64,000 bases of DNA, taken from Camelus dromedarius (taxonomy: Eukaryota). Position 1 is the first letter of the stretch, and each line of letters opens with the position of its first letter. The DNA lies in assembly GCF_036321535.1 (NCBI RefSeq), contig NC_087472.1, positions 103,294,001 to 103,358,000 of the forward strand, written 5' to 3'. Positions 24,626-39,384 of this stretch are shown here, piece by piece. The notes under the pieces are model-generated. The model was given only the letters and a program-made list of their open reading frames with translations. It made no database searches and was not told the origin of the DNA. Position numbers and translations under genes: made by a program.

Positions 24626-26026
24626 GTGAGTCCGCGGGCTGTGGAGGTCCTGGAGCTCTCCGTGGGGCTGCGGGGCTATTTCTCATGAACCCCCAAGCCT
24701 GCCCTTTGGTATAAGGGGCATCCCTAAATTTATCGTCATCTGCTGAACAATTCAGCTTACCTGCCTCAAAGAGGAAACCAGTAGGAAATAAGGAAAGGTG
24801 GACTGACATTCTACATTCTGAAGGGCTCAGAAGTGACACTCAGTTACAAGGCTTCAAACAAATCAGTTGTCTGAGAAGGTCTCAGGCCCCGGAGGGTTCC
24901 TCAGGGAGTCTGGGGATCGACAGAGTCTATTTACCAGAAAGAATGAGAGACAGAGACACGACTCTCACCTAAACTCCCATTTGGCCAGAGTTCATTCTCA
25001 AAGGTCATTTGTATGTTTTCCTCAGGGTGGTGGCCCAGGAAGAAACAAATTAGATTAGTTTAGGCTGGAAACCTATTATTTTCTGCAGTTGTCATTATTA
25101 CTCCAATCATGTGGTCATCAAAATCTTAAATCTTGACATGGGAGAGATTTCCGTATCTCTTGACTTATTCTCCTGCCTGAATAATGAGCTGACAGCATGA
25201 CATTGTGAATAAATGTATGCTTTGGTGTTCACTGCCTCCCAGGGTTGAGTAAGGAACACGTTTTTTCATCTGCTCTTTCGCACTGTCTTTCACTGCCACT
25301 TGAACTCACATTCTCAAGCCATAGGCAAGCTGGAGACAGAAGCCCATCACCACATCCTTCCATCCAAATATTTATTTCTCTCCTCATCTTCTTGATTATC
25401 CATTGCCAATGTACATGTAAAAATTATGAAAATACATTTACAAACTGTATCAGCTGTTACCCTGACACAAGCTTCTGTTTCCTGATGACAAGATACCACA
25501 CAAAGCACACAGAGCTGTGCTGTGTATACGTATAATTTGCCAACAAACACAGGCCCACTGTGGCCATGTCTAAGATGAGTTGGGTTAGGTTTGAAAATCA
25601 AAGGCCCTGAACAAAATGAGGTCTGAAAGATCCAATTGCATGTTTTAAACCTAAAGATGCAAACTGACGTATGGAGAGAGTAGAGACCCAGGGTTAGGAG
25701 ACCTCGAGTGTGCCTCTGCCCCTGACCCGTTGTGCGACCCTGGACAAATCATCTAACTGGCTAAGGGCAGGCTGTTAACCTGCACCATGGGGATTATAAT
25801 GCTGTCCATCTTGTAGAGTTTCTGTGCTTATTAATGAATTAAATTTTTGACACATTACCTGGTGTTGTTATTCATTTGCATCCCTTTGAGATGATATTTA
25901 GAAGGATGGTAAAAAGGTGACAAGTCTTTGGATTTTTTTTTAACCTGTCAGGAAGGCTAGTCTAGGTATACTGTGCTTTATCTCTTTCCTTCTGTGTGTT
26001 CTCATTTTTCTTCTTTTTAAAAACAG

Positions 26027-26139
26027 ATTATGAGGACTACGGGGACTATTGGAGAGGGGATTATGAAGTGATGTGGGCAGGTGACTATGACTACAGCCGA
26101 GACCAGTTGATGGGAGACGTGGAACATACCTTTGCAGAG
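26027..26139 (+). CDS. ACE2: ACE2 coding exon 5
   Basis: [49 protein letters not shown] (not in ORF track). Confidence 0.98.
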
Positions 26140-26769
26140 GTAACGAGGAACTGCCCACAGAGACAGATGTGAGGCAGCACATGGGAAGAAGGGACAGTGA
26201 CCAAAAGCATTCTGACTTGTTCTTAACATACTGGCTGCTCATTCCCAAGCCTCAGAGTTATGAAATATTAGAGTGTAAAAAGATTTTAGAGCATCATAGG
26301 GCAACTCTTACAGATGATCCGAATTGCTCTGCTTTCTTCCCCTTTCAGCCACTGACCAGCAATGGCCAATAGCAAGAATGTAAGCAGGATAGCTTGTAGG
26401 AAGAAATGGTCTTTTAGATTATCAAAAGGAATAGTTTTCATGAGCTGTGTGGGGCCAGCACTGTGTTCCTTTGTTAGCAGAGTCTTTGCTTCCTTCCTCA
26501 GGACCAGTGATACTGTTGTTTCCTTATCTTTGACTAAAGAAGAGGACCTTCTAGGGATGGGAGAGTCCTATGAGTGGCAGTGCCCCATGGACACTTCTCA
26601 ATGTCTCCCTCTTCCTTCAGTTTGACCCCTACATCTCCCTCTGACCCCCATGCCTTCCAACTTCTTATGTGAAGCTATTCTGTCTTAGCCATAGTTGGGC
26701 AGAGTGATCAAAAAATGGACGTAGGACAAACAACTCCCCCACCAAAAAAAAAAAAAAAAAAAAAAAAAG

Positions 26770-27625
26770 GAAATAGGCAAAAGATTTGAATAAGTGCATC
26801 ATCAAAGAAATTATACAAATGGCAAATAAGCAAGTAAGATGTTATTAGGGAAATGCACATTAAAACCATGATTGAAAACCACTGCATACCCACCAGCATG
26901 GCTGTGATTAAAGAAGGCTGACAATACCAAGTGTTGGCGAGGATGTGGAGACACCAGAGCCCTCACACACTGCTGCGGCAAAGATAAAATGGTACAGCCA
27001 GTTTGGATAATGGTTTGGCAGTTTCTTAAAAAGTTAAACACATACTTACCATATGACTAAGGTATTTCACTCTTAGCTATCTATGTGAGAGAATTAAAAC
27101 GTTTAGCCATACAAAGACTTATACTTGAATGTTCACAGAAACATTACTCATCATAGCCCCAAACTGGAGACAACCTAGTTGTCCTTCAACTGGTGAATTT
27201 TATCCATGGGATACTAAATGAAGCCAACTCTGATGTGTTCATACAGTAAAATGCCATGCAGTAATAAAAAGGAATGCACTACGGATACAGGCAACAACAC
27301 AGATGAACCTAGCATGATGCTCAGTGCCAGAAATAACAGACATAACAGACATAAAGGGTCACATATTCTATGATTTCATTTATATGAAATGTTCAGAATA
27401 GGCAAAACTATAGAGATGGAAATCAGTCCAGTGGTCACTTGGGGCTGGGGGTGGGAATGGAGTCGACTACAAATGGATACAAGGAAACTTTTGGGGGTGT
27501 TGGAAATGTTCTAAAACCGGGTAGTGGTGATAGTTGCCCAACCATATACTTTTAGTAAAACTCAAGAAACTATATACTTTAAAATGGGTGAATTTTATGA
27601 CATGTAAATGATACTTCGATTTAAA
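26770..27625 (+). mobile_element. L1MB-type 3' region
   Basis: GACAATACCAAGTGTTGGCGAGGATGTGGAG..TTTGGCAGTTTCTTAAAAAGTTAAACA..AAAATGGGTGAATTTTATG. Confidence 0.88.
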
Positions 27626-27908
27626 AACGAAGTAGGTAGCATCTTAAAAATGAATTTTTTTTATTTGCATCTACCTTCCTTCTGGGATCTGTATGCCTCC
27701 AGGTGTGTTTATTGCTTATGCAGTGGAGCTAATCATCATCAATATCTGGGAAGAAGGAATGCTTTCAAACTCTCCAGAATATTTGAGAGGAGAAGAAAGT
27801 AGAATTTAGGGAAATTCTACTTGTCTAAAGAAGCTCCTATTTTTAGTGTGGGGGATGAGAAATTGGAGTAGGCTACTCTTGGCCTTAAACTTTCTTCTGG
27901 GCTTTCAG

Positions 27909-28014
27909 ATTAAACCATTATATGAACATCTTCATGCTTACGTGAGGGCCAAGTTGATGGATGTCTACCCTTCCCATATCAGTCCCACTGGATGCCTCCC
28001 TGCCCATTTGCTTG
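27909..28014 (+). CDS. ACE2: ACE2 coding exon 6
   Basis: [47 protein letters not shown]. Confidence 0.98.
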
Positions 28015-30095
28015 GTAAGAAACTCCAGGAATTCCTTGTGTACTTTGCTCTTTGTTATTTCCACCAATAAACTTGTTCTTCGGAGTGAAGGCCCAACATA
28101 AAACTTCTGAAAAATTATGTGAATGATAGTGACCTTATAGAAGTTAGTGACCTTATAGAAATCATATTTTGAAAGCCCTTTCTTCAGCAGAAAATCCATT
28201 TTAAATTACTCTCTATTGCATTACTTTTTTAATATACATTAAAAGTTATTATGTTGGCCACAATCCAAAGGATAAAGGGGTTATTTAAGGTAACTAGAGA
28301 AGGAACCCCAAGTTCAAATGAGAGTGGGAATGGGGAAAATAGGTTTTATTTATTTACATTGGTTGGCTAAGCTCTTGAGGTGGAGTTTGGGATTTTAGCA
28401 TTACACTGTCAGAAGAAAGGAGCTTGGTTGGCTGAGGGTGGTCAGGGGTGAGAGAAAGACTTTCTAGAATTAAGGTATAGCCTGAGTGAAAGCTTCATAA
28501 GTTCATGTTTAATTACACTAATTACTTTTGCTGAAAAATACTTGATTTGGAATCATATGAGTAATGAATGAATTCTTCATAATGAAGGAAGCTTAGAAGG
28601 AGAATCAGTCTTCCAAGAACTTTGGATCCTGCCATGGACCCGTTGTAGATCATGCAAGACCTGGGACCCTTTATCAGACTTCCTTATTTCCCACCAGAGT
28701 GGCCATCCTCCCCTCCCCTCTCCCCTACCCCAGAAGCCGAGGCCAAATAAAAATACGTGTTTGAAAAGCTTATGTCACGCATACAGAGCATTCCTACTAC
28801 AGTCAAGCTAAGTTGCTGGTAGCTAATTCTTCTCCTGCTAAGAGAGAGATTCCCTGCTATGGGATTACCCAGAATGTGTCCATTCTACTATAAGATGGCC
28901 TTTAAGAGCTGTGTAAACTACCATTGTAAAGGTATAGTGAGGTACCTGGCACAAGAGTCTGTACTCGGTATATTTTAGCGAGTATTACTGTTATCATCAG
29001 GTGTGCACTATTTTCTTTTTTCACGTTAAATATCCTACACAGATTTTCAACCATTCTTTGAAAATTTCACTTTTCTACTTGTTCTCTTTTGGACGAGCTA
29101 TCCTTTGTTGATATCCCTCTTCAAATATCATTCTCAGAACTGAACAGTTACTCCAGATGAGGGTTTGACCAATATGGAGTTAAAATGGTACCAGGGCTTC
29201 CTTTGTTCTAGATGCTGTATTTCTATTCATTTACCTTAAGGTCACATTTGTGTTTTGGAAGCCATGTCATACTGTTTGTTGGGTCCCTTTTGGTCTTTTA
29301 CATGTGGGTTATGTTTTAGCCTTATGTCACGTATCATATATTTCTATAATAGATAGATTTTTCTTTAAAATTGAAGCATAGGACTTTACATTTATCTCTA
29401 CTGAGTTTTATCTTTTAAAACATGAGTTCATTAGAGTACTCTTCATGTAGTTGTCTCGCCCTATTCCTTTGGTGCCAAGATTCTGGTCCTGCTATTAGGT
29501 TGATTTTTTCTAGATCCATTTTTGCTTTTAGTTTCTGGCCTTAGAATCCAATTTGACATTTGTTTGAGATGTTTAAAAAATCACCCAGTTAAGTGTATTA
29601 CTATAGTACAGTAATAAAAATGGAACTTAGTTACTAGTTGGTTAGTAGAGAGTCCTAAATGATGATCCTATATGATCTCTCTTGAATCCAACATTAAGGA
29701 TTACTAACAGTTTAATTTGTAGTGTTTTGTCCCATGGATGATGGATGTATAAATCTGTTTCTAATCTATAATAGCTATGATGTCCCATATATTTAATAAA
29801 TTGTGCCTTTGAATTGGAAGTTGAAATGTGAGAAACAGGGATGTTTCTCTAATAAGCTTTGCCTGACCTCATAATCTGCCATTTTAAACTTTTAGAGGAG
29901 GTATGAAAAGAAGGGAGTGTTGAAAACTTAAAATAAGAGAAGAGAAAAAGAGGTAATGAAAAGGAAGCATAGAAACTAGATTAAATCTAGAATACTCTAT
30001 GGCCTGTTTACCAATTCCACCGCATGCACTGTGTAAAACCAGGTCTCTACTTCTGCTGTCTTTGTCATGTATTAACAAAATCTTTTTTTAAATAG

Positions 30096-30193
30096 GCGAT
30101 ATGTGGGGTAGATTTTGGACAAATCTATACTCTTTGACAGTCCCCTTTGGACAGAAACCAAACATAGATGTTACCGAAGCAATGGAGAACCAG
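30096..30193 (+). CDS. ACE2: ACE2 coding exon 7
   Basis: [44 protein letters not shown]. Confidence 0.98.
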
Positions 30194-32438
30194 GTAGGAA
30201 GAAGAGGTCTTGAAAATCAAATGTACATCCTCAACTTCATTTTTTTTATGCCCTCCTTCCCTTCTTATCTTTTGCAAATGAAACTGTGTAAATAAGAATT
30301 TCAAGCTAATTTAAATTTATTTCTGACGTAGCTATCTTTTCATGGAAAAGTAGTTTATAATGCCAGGGACATCAAGTACCTTGAATAACCAATATGCTGT
30401 TGATCTTGCTGAGAGATATTAAAAATGGAGATGACCTGAGTTTTCCATTAAGCAATAAGATACAGAATTATCAGCTGGTTGGCATAACTCTTTCTAAAGT
30501 TAGTCATGGCTGACTACTCAGTCAGTGATCTCTATGAATAGTAAAAAAAAAAAAGGACATCATTAAAATTTTTTTGCATATTTAAAAAATCCTTGTTGTT
30601 AAAAATATTACAAAAGTCTTTAAAATAGTTTTAAAATAACCTTTTTTTTTTACCATCTTGGAATAATTGTTTAAATTCTCTGTGTTCTCTTCATTTTTTT
30701 CATCTGTTAGTAATTCATTAAACTATACACCGATTTTCTGCATTTGTGCAAATTTTTTTATCATATTTTTAAAATTTTTAAAAAATTTTTGTTGAAGAAT
30801 AGTCTGTGTACAATGTTGTATTAATTTCTTCTGTGTTCTCCTCCATTGATGAAATCATATTATAGTTATAATTATGTGTTTTTCTTTATTTAGCTAATAG
30901 CCTACATTTCTCAGTAGAATCCATAATCATAATTCTCATGGCTGTGTAAAACTTCTTCAGATAGTTGCACCATGATCTACTTTACTATTGATGCATTGCT
31001 GGATTTTGGCTTGCTAACAGTTTTAAATGTGTAAGCAGCAGTGCAGAGAGCCCCTTCACCTACATAACAGACTCCTGGGAAAAGTCCACAGCAGAATAAA
31101 AACATGAAGCTGCAAGGACCCCAGATTCCTGTAGCTGTTCCAGCCCCACTTCACAGCTGAGCAGCAGCAGAGGCCCATCTTGTGTTGCTCCTTAGCCCAT
31201 CTACCATGTCTCCTAATGTTACATTGACAACAAACCTATGAGACGGTCAGGACAGGTATTGTGATAGTTCCATGTTGGATGTGAGGAAACTGAGGTTCAG
31301 GTAAGTGATTTGCCCAAAGTGGCAACAAAGGTTGGAACTGAGAACTCCTCATATTTCCAGTCTGGTTTTCTGTCCGTTCATTCTTCGTTCAACAGATGTC
31401 ATGCTCATTAATACCAATATTGCCTGACCTTAAGCGTTTAAAGGTAAAAAAAAAAAAAAAATCCATGTTATATCCAGGTTCATCTCCTGAAAGCTGACAT
31501 AGGAGAAAAACCAAACTTGACAGATCTTTAAGATCAGAGGAAGTTTTCTGTGTCACTAAAAAGTGATTCATTAAATATCTGCCAATTTCACAAACTTAGT
31601 TTGACTGATAAGGGCCTTATCGCCAAAGAAGTCTTGGTCAGCTCCAGAGTTAGGTTCCCAGAAGAGCTTGCTGGATGGCAGACACCTACTGTTGCCCCTT
31701 TCCAGTTCCAGAACATTCTGAAAGTTAAGATTCTTGTACAGACATTGAAGCCAAGGCCAGCTACCCCATTTGCTGCTGGGTCACTTGTGGGCCTTTTTGG
31801 TTCCACAACTTCATGTCTACTCTATTGTTTGTGTCATCCACTGAATCTAGTACCAGGGCCTTGCCCCTTGAAGGAGCTCAATCAAGGATTGTTGGCTTGA
31901 GTTGAATAGTTTTTAGCAAAGAGGAGGTCGTTTATGTTTATACTTGGAACATAAAGAATAAAGACCAAAAAAATCACACATAATCTTACCCAGTCTACTG
32001 TTAATATTTTTATGGATTTCCTCATTAAGATTATCCTATATAAGCAGTTTATAATATTTTACTTTTCACTTACTATTAAATCATAAAAAATCAATAAAAA
32101 TTCTTTATAAATCTAATTGCTTTTCATTTTCCATTCCACAAAGGCATCATTATTTATTTAACCATTCTGGTGGTGGTTTCCTTTTTTCCCCCTATTAAAA
32201 ATCATTGTATATGTTGTACACCTTAAATTTATAGAATGTTATATGTCAAATATATTTCAATTAAAATAACAATAAAAATCATTTAAAATGTAATTCTTTG
32301 ACCTAATTTCTGAGAATTTTCTAGATTAGTTCCCTAGACATAGAATTACTGAGACAAATAGTGTAAACACTGAAAGCTGTCCGTACATGTTGCCAAATTG
32401 CCTTCCAGGAAGGCTCCTCCTTTGTACATTTCCAATAG

Positions 32439-32663
<225 letters not shown>

Positions 32664-33469
32664 TAGTGAGGCTGATATTTACACCGCTGATACTAAAACG
32701 GGAGATAGTGGAGGGATGTGGATGAATCTGGATTCCTTCTCTGCTTCTCTGAGCATAGAAGAGATGAATGAACTCTCCTTGAACAAAGTCTGGGAGTTCA
32801 TGAGTGCACATCTGGGCTTTCCAAGGAAAAGGAGCCTGTCTGCAGGCTCTAACTTGAACCTTTAAACAGTTCACCTCATTTGAGATAAAATGCACCCACT
32901 AGGGTTACATGGTCATGGGAATGGTGGTATCCCCATTAGGAGGAAAGGTTTGGCGCTAAGATTTACAGAAGATGGGCTATGTGAATTAGGCATTCATCCT
33001 CCCCTCCCTGTTTCCCTCTTCTGAGTGAGAGAGGACAGGTGAATAGCTAAGCTGCGATAAAACAGAGAAGGTCGTATGTGTCATAAGAGAGACACAGAGA
33101 ACACTCTATGGAGAGCAGGAAGTTAAGTGACCATACCTGGAATGGGGTTCAGCTCAGACAGGGCTTTTCAGGTGGCATTTGAATGAGGCTTGAAAGATGA
33201 GAAGGATTTGGACAGACAGGGCTGGGCAGTACATTGGGCAGGGAGAACAGCAGGATCAAATGCAGAGAGGGTACCTGGCATTGTGTACTGGCGTCCACAG
33301 GTTAGGCTAGAAAAAAGGGCACGTCAAGAAGGTTCTGTGTGACAAGGTGGAAGAGAAGGAGGCTGCCACCCCAGAGGTGCTATTTTTCACTGGTATCTGC
33401 ACTGACAGCCTCTTCCGGACTTCTTTGACTTCTCTCTCTTTCTCCTTTTCCTCTCTCCACTCTGTATAT

Positions 33470-34020
33470 CCTGGGACCTACTAGGGCTTTGTCCTTTGCC
33501 CTCTTTTCTGGCCATTCTCCACCTGCTTCATGGGCCATCACATCCACTCCCTGACTTACATGCTAATGATCCCCAAATATCAGTTTCCAGCCCCTTCTCC
33601 TGCTACTTCTCTGTCCTGGCTCTACCCAACTGCTGGCTGTGTTCCAAATGCCACATTCTTCTCTCAAGCCATCCTCATTGAGCACTTAAAGGAATGTCAT
33701 CTTCTTGTCTCTCCCTGCCATCTACTGGCAAACTCTGCAGCATGTTAATCAAGGTCCAGATTGCTCATTGCATCCTGAGTTATACCCTTCCTGGTGCTTC
33801 TCGGATACTGTGCCTGCATTTACTCACTGTTATGCCCCAGGCCATGTCCACTGTCACTTAGAGAGTACTTGCCTCAGAGTTTTTGTAGAAGTCTGTTTTT
33901 CTTTCTATTAGTCTGTGAGCAGGAGAACAGGGTTCAGGCCTGCCCGTCACATTGTATTGAGCACCTAGTACAGTTTCTAGGACATAAATGGTAAGTCCTT
34001 AGGAGTCATTGGTGAATAAA
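33470..34020 (+). mobile_element. L2 remnant in ACE2 intron between coding exons 8 and 9
   Basis: CATGCTAATGATCCCCAAAT..GCACCTAGTACAGTTTCTAGGACATA..GAATAAA degenerate L2 3' end. Confidence 0.6.
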
Positions 34021-34123
34021 TCTTGGAAAGGTGATCTGTGCTATCCAAACCCCATACAACTCTACTGTGATATGTAAGGGAAATTCAATGAGATTCATTT
34101 TCATGGTGCCCATTTTTGTTCAG

Positions 34124-34350
34124 GATCAAGATGTGCACAAAGGTGACGATGGATGACTTCCTGACAGCCCATCACGAGATGGGACACATCCAGTATGACA
34201 TGGCATATGCCATACAACCCTTCCTGCTAAGAAATGGAGCTAATGAAGGTTTCCATGAAGCTGTTGGGGAAATCATGTCACTTTCTGCAGCAACACCTCA
34301 CTATTTGAAAGCCCTTGGTCTTCTGCCAGCTGACTTTTATGAAGACAGTG
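34124..34350 (+). CDS. ACE2: ACE2 coding exon 9 (HEXXH zinc-binding motif, E402)
   Basis: [34 protein letters not shown]...GFHEAVGE...DFYEDS |GTATGG; HEMGH at 34173-34187. Confidence 0.99.
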
Positions 34351-36459
34351 GTATGGACATCTTTTCATGGCATGTTTTGGGGATTCTTTAGTCTGATATG
34401 GACAAAGGTGTTTATGGTCGTGTGTAGGATGTATTTAATTTTGCCATATGATGTATTTAGGGGTAACTGGGAACTGCTACTGGTAAAAAAAAGTTTAAGT
34501 ATATATAACAACATGCCAACTTCTGGCTTTGTATCTTTGCATAAGAGAGAAAACTAAGTGAGCAGCCTTGGGATTCTAAGAACCATTTAAAAGAAGATTT
34601 TTAAAACAGGCCCACAAAACTGAACTGGCTTATCCAAGGTCAGCCAGCTAATTAGTGTCGGAGTTCTGACTAGATCCCCCTGGTTCTCGGGAAAAACCAA
34701 AATGGTGGAGCTGGAACAGATGCTGAAGACCATTTTGCGGAGGAAGCGGACTGAAGACAAGAGAGGGAACATAACTAGCCCAATGTCAAAAAGCAATGTG
34801 GCAGAACCAGAACCAGAGCCTAATCTAAAACTCTTCCCATAATGTTACACAAAGCAGAGCATAGCTTGGAAATTTGGGGGTTCTTAAGGAACAGGTGGTG
34901 AAAATCAAGATTGGAAGAGACTGAAACATTTTGTTCATCTTGCTGAAGCAGGAATTTGCCCCTGTAACATCCCCTCTGATCCAGGCTATCTTTCAACATT
35001 TGCCTGAGGCAGCCTGTTTCTCTTTGGATGACTTGTACTTGATGGAACACAACAAATATTCACAAGATACCAGATTTTTCAGTGAGGATTCTTCTGCGTG
35101 AAAGAAGGAAACTTAGAGCCAAATATGTTCTTCTTTTCCATGTATTTCTCTATCCTCACTTTAGCTGTTTGGAGCATAAACATCAGTTTTGCTGGCTGGT
35201 ACCTTTGGTCAGTGAGGTTAAGGCCCATCCGTGTGTAGGCAGTTCACTGTGCCTTGATTTCTGGCTTCAGACCTTTATGATCTCACAAGGACCTGGGTCA
35301 ATGTAAAGCCATCATGATGTCCAAAAAAGTTACAGTAAACACAGACTCAGTGGGTAATAGATGAGTAGCGGCGTCCTCCCATGAAGGGAGCAGCAAAGGA
35401 AAGGGAGTTCACGGTAACCACACCTATTTCCTAATTTTAAAGTATGATTCTCAAGTCCATTAACAGACAATTATTTGTTTTATCATTTTAAAATATTCCT
35501 TGACAGCAGGCAAAGATGGTTGAATAACTAAGACAGTACTAGGCATGGTTAAGCCACTGGTTTGAAAAACTGCTTCTTTCCTTGGCTCTGCTCTGATCTG
35601 TGAATGATGTTAAACAAATAAGGCTCTTCATTCCTTCTCTCCCTCTCTCCTTCTCCCTCTCTTCCTTTCTTCCAGAAATATTTATTGAGCACATACTATG
35701 TGCAAGACATTTTTCTAGACTCTAGAGATATAGTGGTGTGCCAAGTACATGGTATCCCTCTGCTTACATCCCAGTGAGCTTCATTTATACACCAGATGTG
35801 AGCTCTACTGCCTTATTACTTCACCAATAAAGGATAAATGAAATAACGTAACTTGTTAAGGCATTTTAAACTCAGGTAAGGGAAATGTCAGTAAATTTAA
35901 AGTGCATTGTACTTCTGATGATCCAGGAAATTATTTCCTCTAGGGAGGCTCTTTTTTTAATTTGTTTTTCCCTCCCTGGTTTACTGGCTTTTGGCCATAT
36001 CTGTTTAATATTCATTGATTTAGCAAAGGCTCACAGAGAGCATCATGTAGCAGACACCAGGCTAGGGATACAGGCTTGACTGAGACATTAACAGTCACTG
36101 CCTTCATGGGGCTCACAAGAATAAACAGTATGACTAGGGAAGTAGATGAAAGAGCCCCAGTTAGCTCTGATAAGAAGTGTGTAAGGAAGGCAATTGAAAC
36201 TAATTTAAAGAAGAGGATTTGGACTTATGTGTGGATTTATTTTACCAGTTCTATCCAAGGCTTCACCCTACTCCACATCCCTCAGCTGAGAAAGCGAGTA
36301 TATACATATGTATGTATTTATTATATATGTATATTGTATGTATATCCACTGTCAATGTTTCTCATGTAACCATCCCTATAATAAGTATATCTTGAGGAAT
36401 AATATCTTGAGATTAGGAAATTATCTAACACAAAATGTCCACTGTCATCCTCATCTTAA

Positions 36460-36633
<174 letters not shown>

Positions 36634-36709
36634 TAAGTCCATGAATATGCAATCAGTAAAATGTTTTCTCATGAGTTTGCTGTTTATTTAAAAGCATTTG
36701 GCTGGCCTG

Positions 36710-36732
36710 TACACACACACACACACACACAC
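36710..36732. repeat. (AC)n microsatellite
   Basis: Direct reading. Confidence 0.9.
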
Positions 36733-38473
36733 TAACGGCCTTCTTTTTAAGTCACCATTTGGGTGCCTTCTCAGTTAACGTTTCCTTGGCTCAGCAGGGT
36801 CAGGTTACATAATATCTCATGCTCTATCTTCTTAAGTGTTGAGTCACCCATTAAATAGTGACACTATTTAGGAAATGATCAAAGTATTCATTTTGATTTT
36901 TTCTTTTGTCCATTCCCTGAAGCAAAAATACTAAGCCCACATTTTAGGTCAAGCTCTGGGGAGCTGATGCTGGTCATGTTGTTCTCCTCGACTCCAAAGA
37001 ACTTTTAGTCTGTGGAGGGGTGTGGGAAATGAAACCACTGCAATGTGTTGGGTTGTGATGGGAGGGTGTGGGGATCCATGGGCATCCAAGGGGAGATCCA
37101 AAGCCCTGGCTGGTGGGTCAGAGGAGGAGAGGCATCCCAGGTGAGCTTTGAGAAGATGTGGGGGTTAACCAGGTATACATAGTGGGGAACAGAGAATTCC
37201 AAGCTGGAGAGAGCCTGCTGCATTTGAGCAACAGAGAGTGATCACTTCCAGTAGTTTCAGCACTACATCATTCATCACTGTATCCCAAGTGCCTTGCACA
37301 GTACCTGGCACATGTAGGTATAAAATAATTGGTGAAAGTGTTACAAGAAGAAGGAAGGAAGGGAGTGAGGAAGGAAGGGAAGAAAGAAATCTCCCCACCA
37401 TCTATTAGTCAGATTCCTGTCAATTATTTTTCTTTATTTTTCTTACTTTCCCTTTTTGTAGTGAAGATCTACCATTATAACATTCAGCCCCATACCCATA
37501 AATTTGAGTCAGTGCCGCTCTTCTGCCAAGAGTCTTTCTGTTAACATAAATCCTCCTTGGGAGGAAGGAGGCAGCATCTATAGCAGCTGTTTCTAGCACT
37601 TGAGTATTACCGAAATGATGTCTATCGTGATCCCACAATCAGAAAGGATGAATGTATTCTGTTTAAACAATGCCAAATACATGGTTTCCCTACCTTTTCT
37701 TTCTGATTGAATTAATTTTGATCCCTTATAGTTTCTTTCCAAAGGTACATGGAATCAGACCCTTCCAATGATTCATGAATACATTCATTACTCCATTCAT
37801 CCAACAAATACACATAGAGTCTTTTCTTAGCATCTGGCACTGTGTTTGGCACTGGAACTCTAAAGATGATCCAAACACAGCCCCGCCGTCTGGTGCTCAA
37901 GTCTCAGGGCAAGAAGGAGCTGTATGTGAACAGTGCTAAAACAGAGAAATGGCCAAGGAGGTGCAGCTAGAGAAGGCGGAAGGAGCTGGAGGGCTCACTG
38001 TACTGGCGGGTGGTTGGGATCGGGAGCAGGCCTCACAGAGAAGGGGCCATTTGAGCCAGCCTTGGAGAATAAGATTTCAATTTTAGAAAATTCTGTCTAC
38101 CAGGAGTATATAAAATATGGTGCCAGAGAGGAATTATTAGGACTTTCACAGTTTTTGGCCACACAATGCACTCTATTAGTGTTTTTTCAATACAACGTTG
38201 TAAACCGATATTACTTCAACTAATAAATAAATAAATAAATTAGTGTTTTGAAGGTTCAACTATCTTCTAGTGGTCTAGACTAGCTGAATTTAAAAAGATA
38301 GAGGTAACTACATCATGGGCTGTATTCCGTCATTTTTTACACTGTTTCTATTTCATCTGACAACCAATTCCATTATAAAAGCCATTGGCTGATGCAACCG
38401 CACCAGCTGCACCCAGCTGCGCTTTCTCGTGGTGAGTGATCCACAGCTAACATAGCTTCATTTCTCCCCAAAG

Positions 38474-38572
38474 GCGAGAGATAGTCGGGGTGGTGGAACC
38501 GCTGCCCCATGATGAAACATACTGTGATCCGGCGTGTCTGTTCCACGTTGCTGAAGATTACTCATTCATCCG
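38474..38572 (+). CDS. ACE2: ACE2 coding exon 11
   Basis: [44 protein letters not shown]. Confidence 0.98.
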
Positions 38573-39261
38573 GTAAATGACAGCTTTCTTCTTATTGTTT
38601 AACTCCTAGGATTTGGGGACAGAATGATGACTATAATCTCTCTTTCTATCTCCAACTACCTCCCCCCTAGAACCTCAAAATAGACGATCAGTTTCAATTC
38701 GTTTTAACTCAACTCGATTTATTGGGTTAAATAAAACTTATGTGAGATCTTTTCTCCACCATCAAGGAATTTACAATATCCTTGGGAGAAATTAAAAAAT
38801 ATCTTTCTTTGTCTTCTTGTTCCTGGCAGAGTTCAGAGTAATTCTAATGGAAAAAACATGTTTAACATGAAATCTAAAAACCTCTATTCTTCACCTATTG
38901 GCCCCAGATCTTGAATTGGCTGAGCCTCAGTTTCTTTATTTGTAAAGTGGAAATCATACTCTTGACCTGCCATAAGGATCAAATGGCATCATTTATATGA
39001 AAGGGCTCTAAATCCATAAAACACAGTACAGATGTGAGCTAAGATTTAACAAAGCTATACTGCCTTTTTATCAGCTGATACACGAATCTAAGTACGATGA
39101 GTCTGTAGGGTTTGTGTTTGGGTCTTTCTGGAGGGGAAAGAGGTTTGACTGGTCCTTCTTTGGTTATTAGGGCCTCAAAATTTAAATATATGCCCCAATC
39201 TATGACTCTATCCCAGAAACTAAATGCGGGACAAATTTTTGTCTGTTTGTATCTTTTACAG

Positions 39262-39384
39262 ATATTACACAAGGACCATTTATCAATTCCAGTTTCATGA
39301 AGCCCTTTGCCAAATAGCAAAACATGAAGGTCCCCTGTACAAATGTGACATCTCAAATTCTACCGAAGCAGGGCAGAAGCTGCT
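39262..39384 (+). CDS. ACE2: ACE2 coding exon 12
   Basis: [52 protein letters not shown]. Confidence 0.98.
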
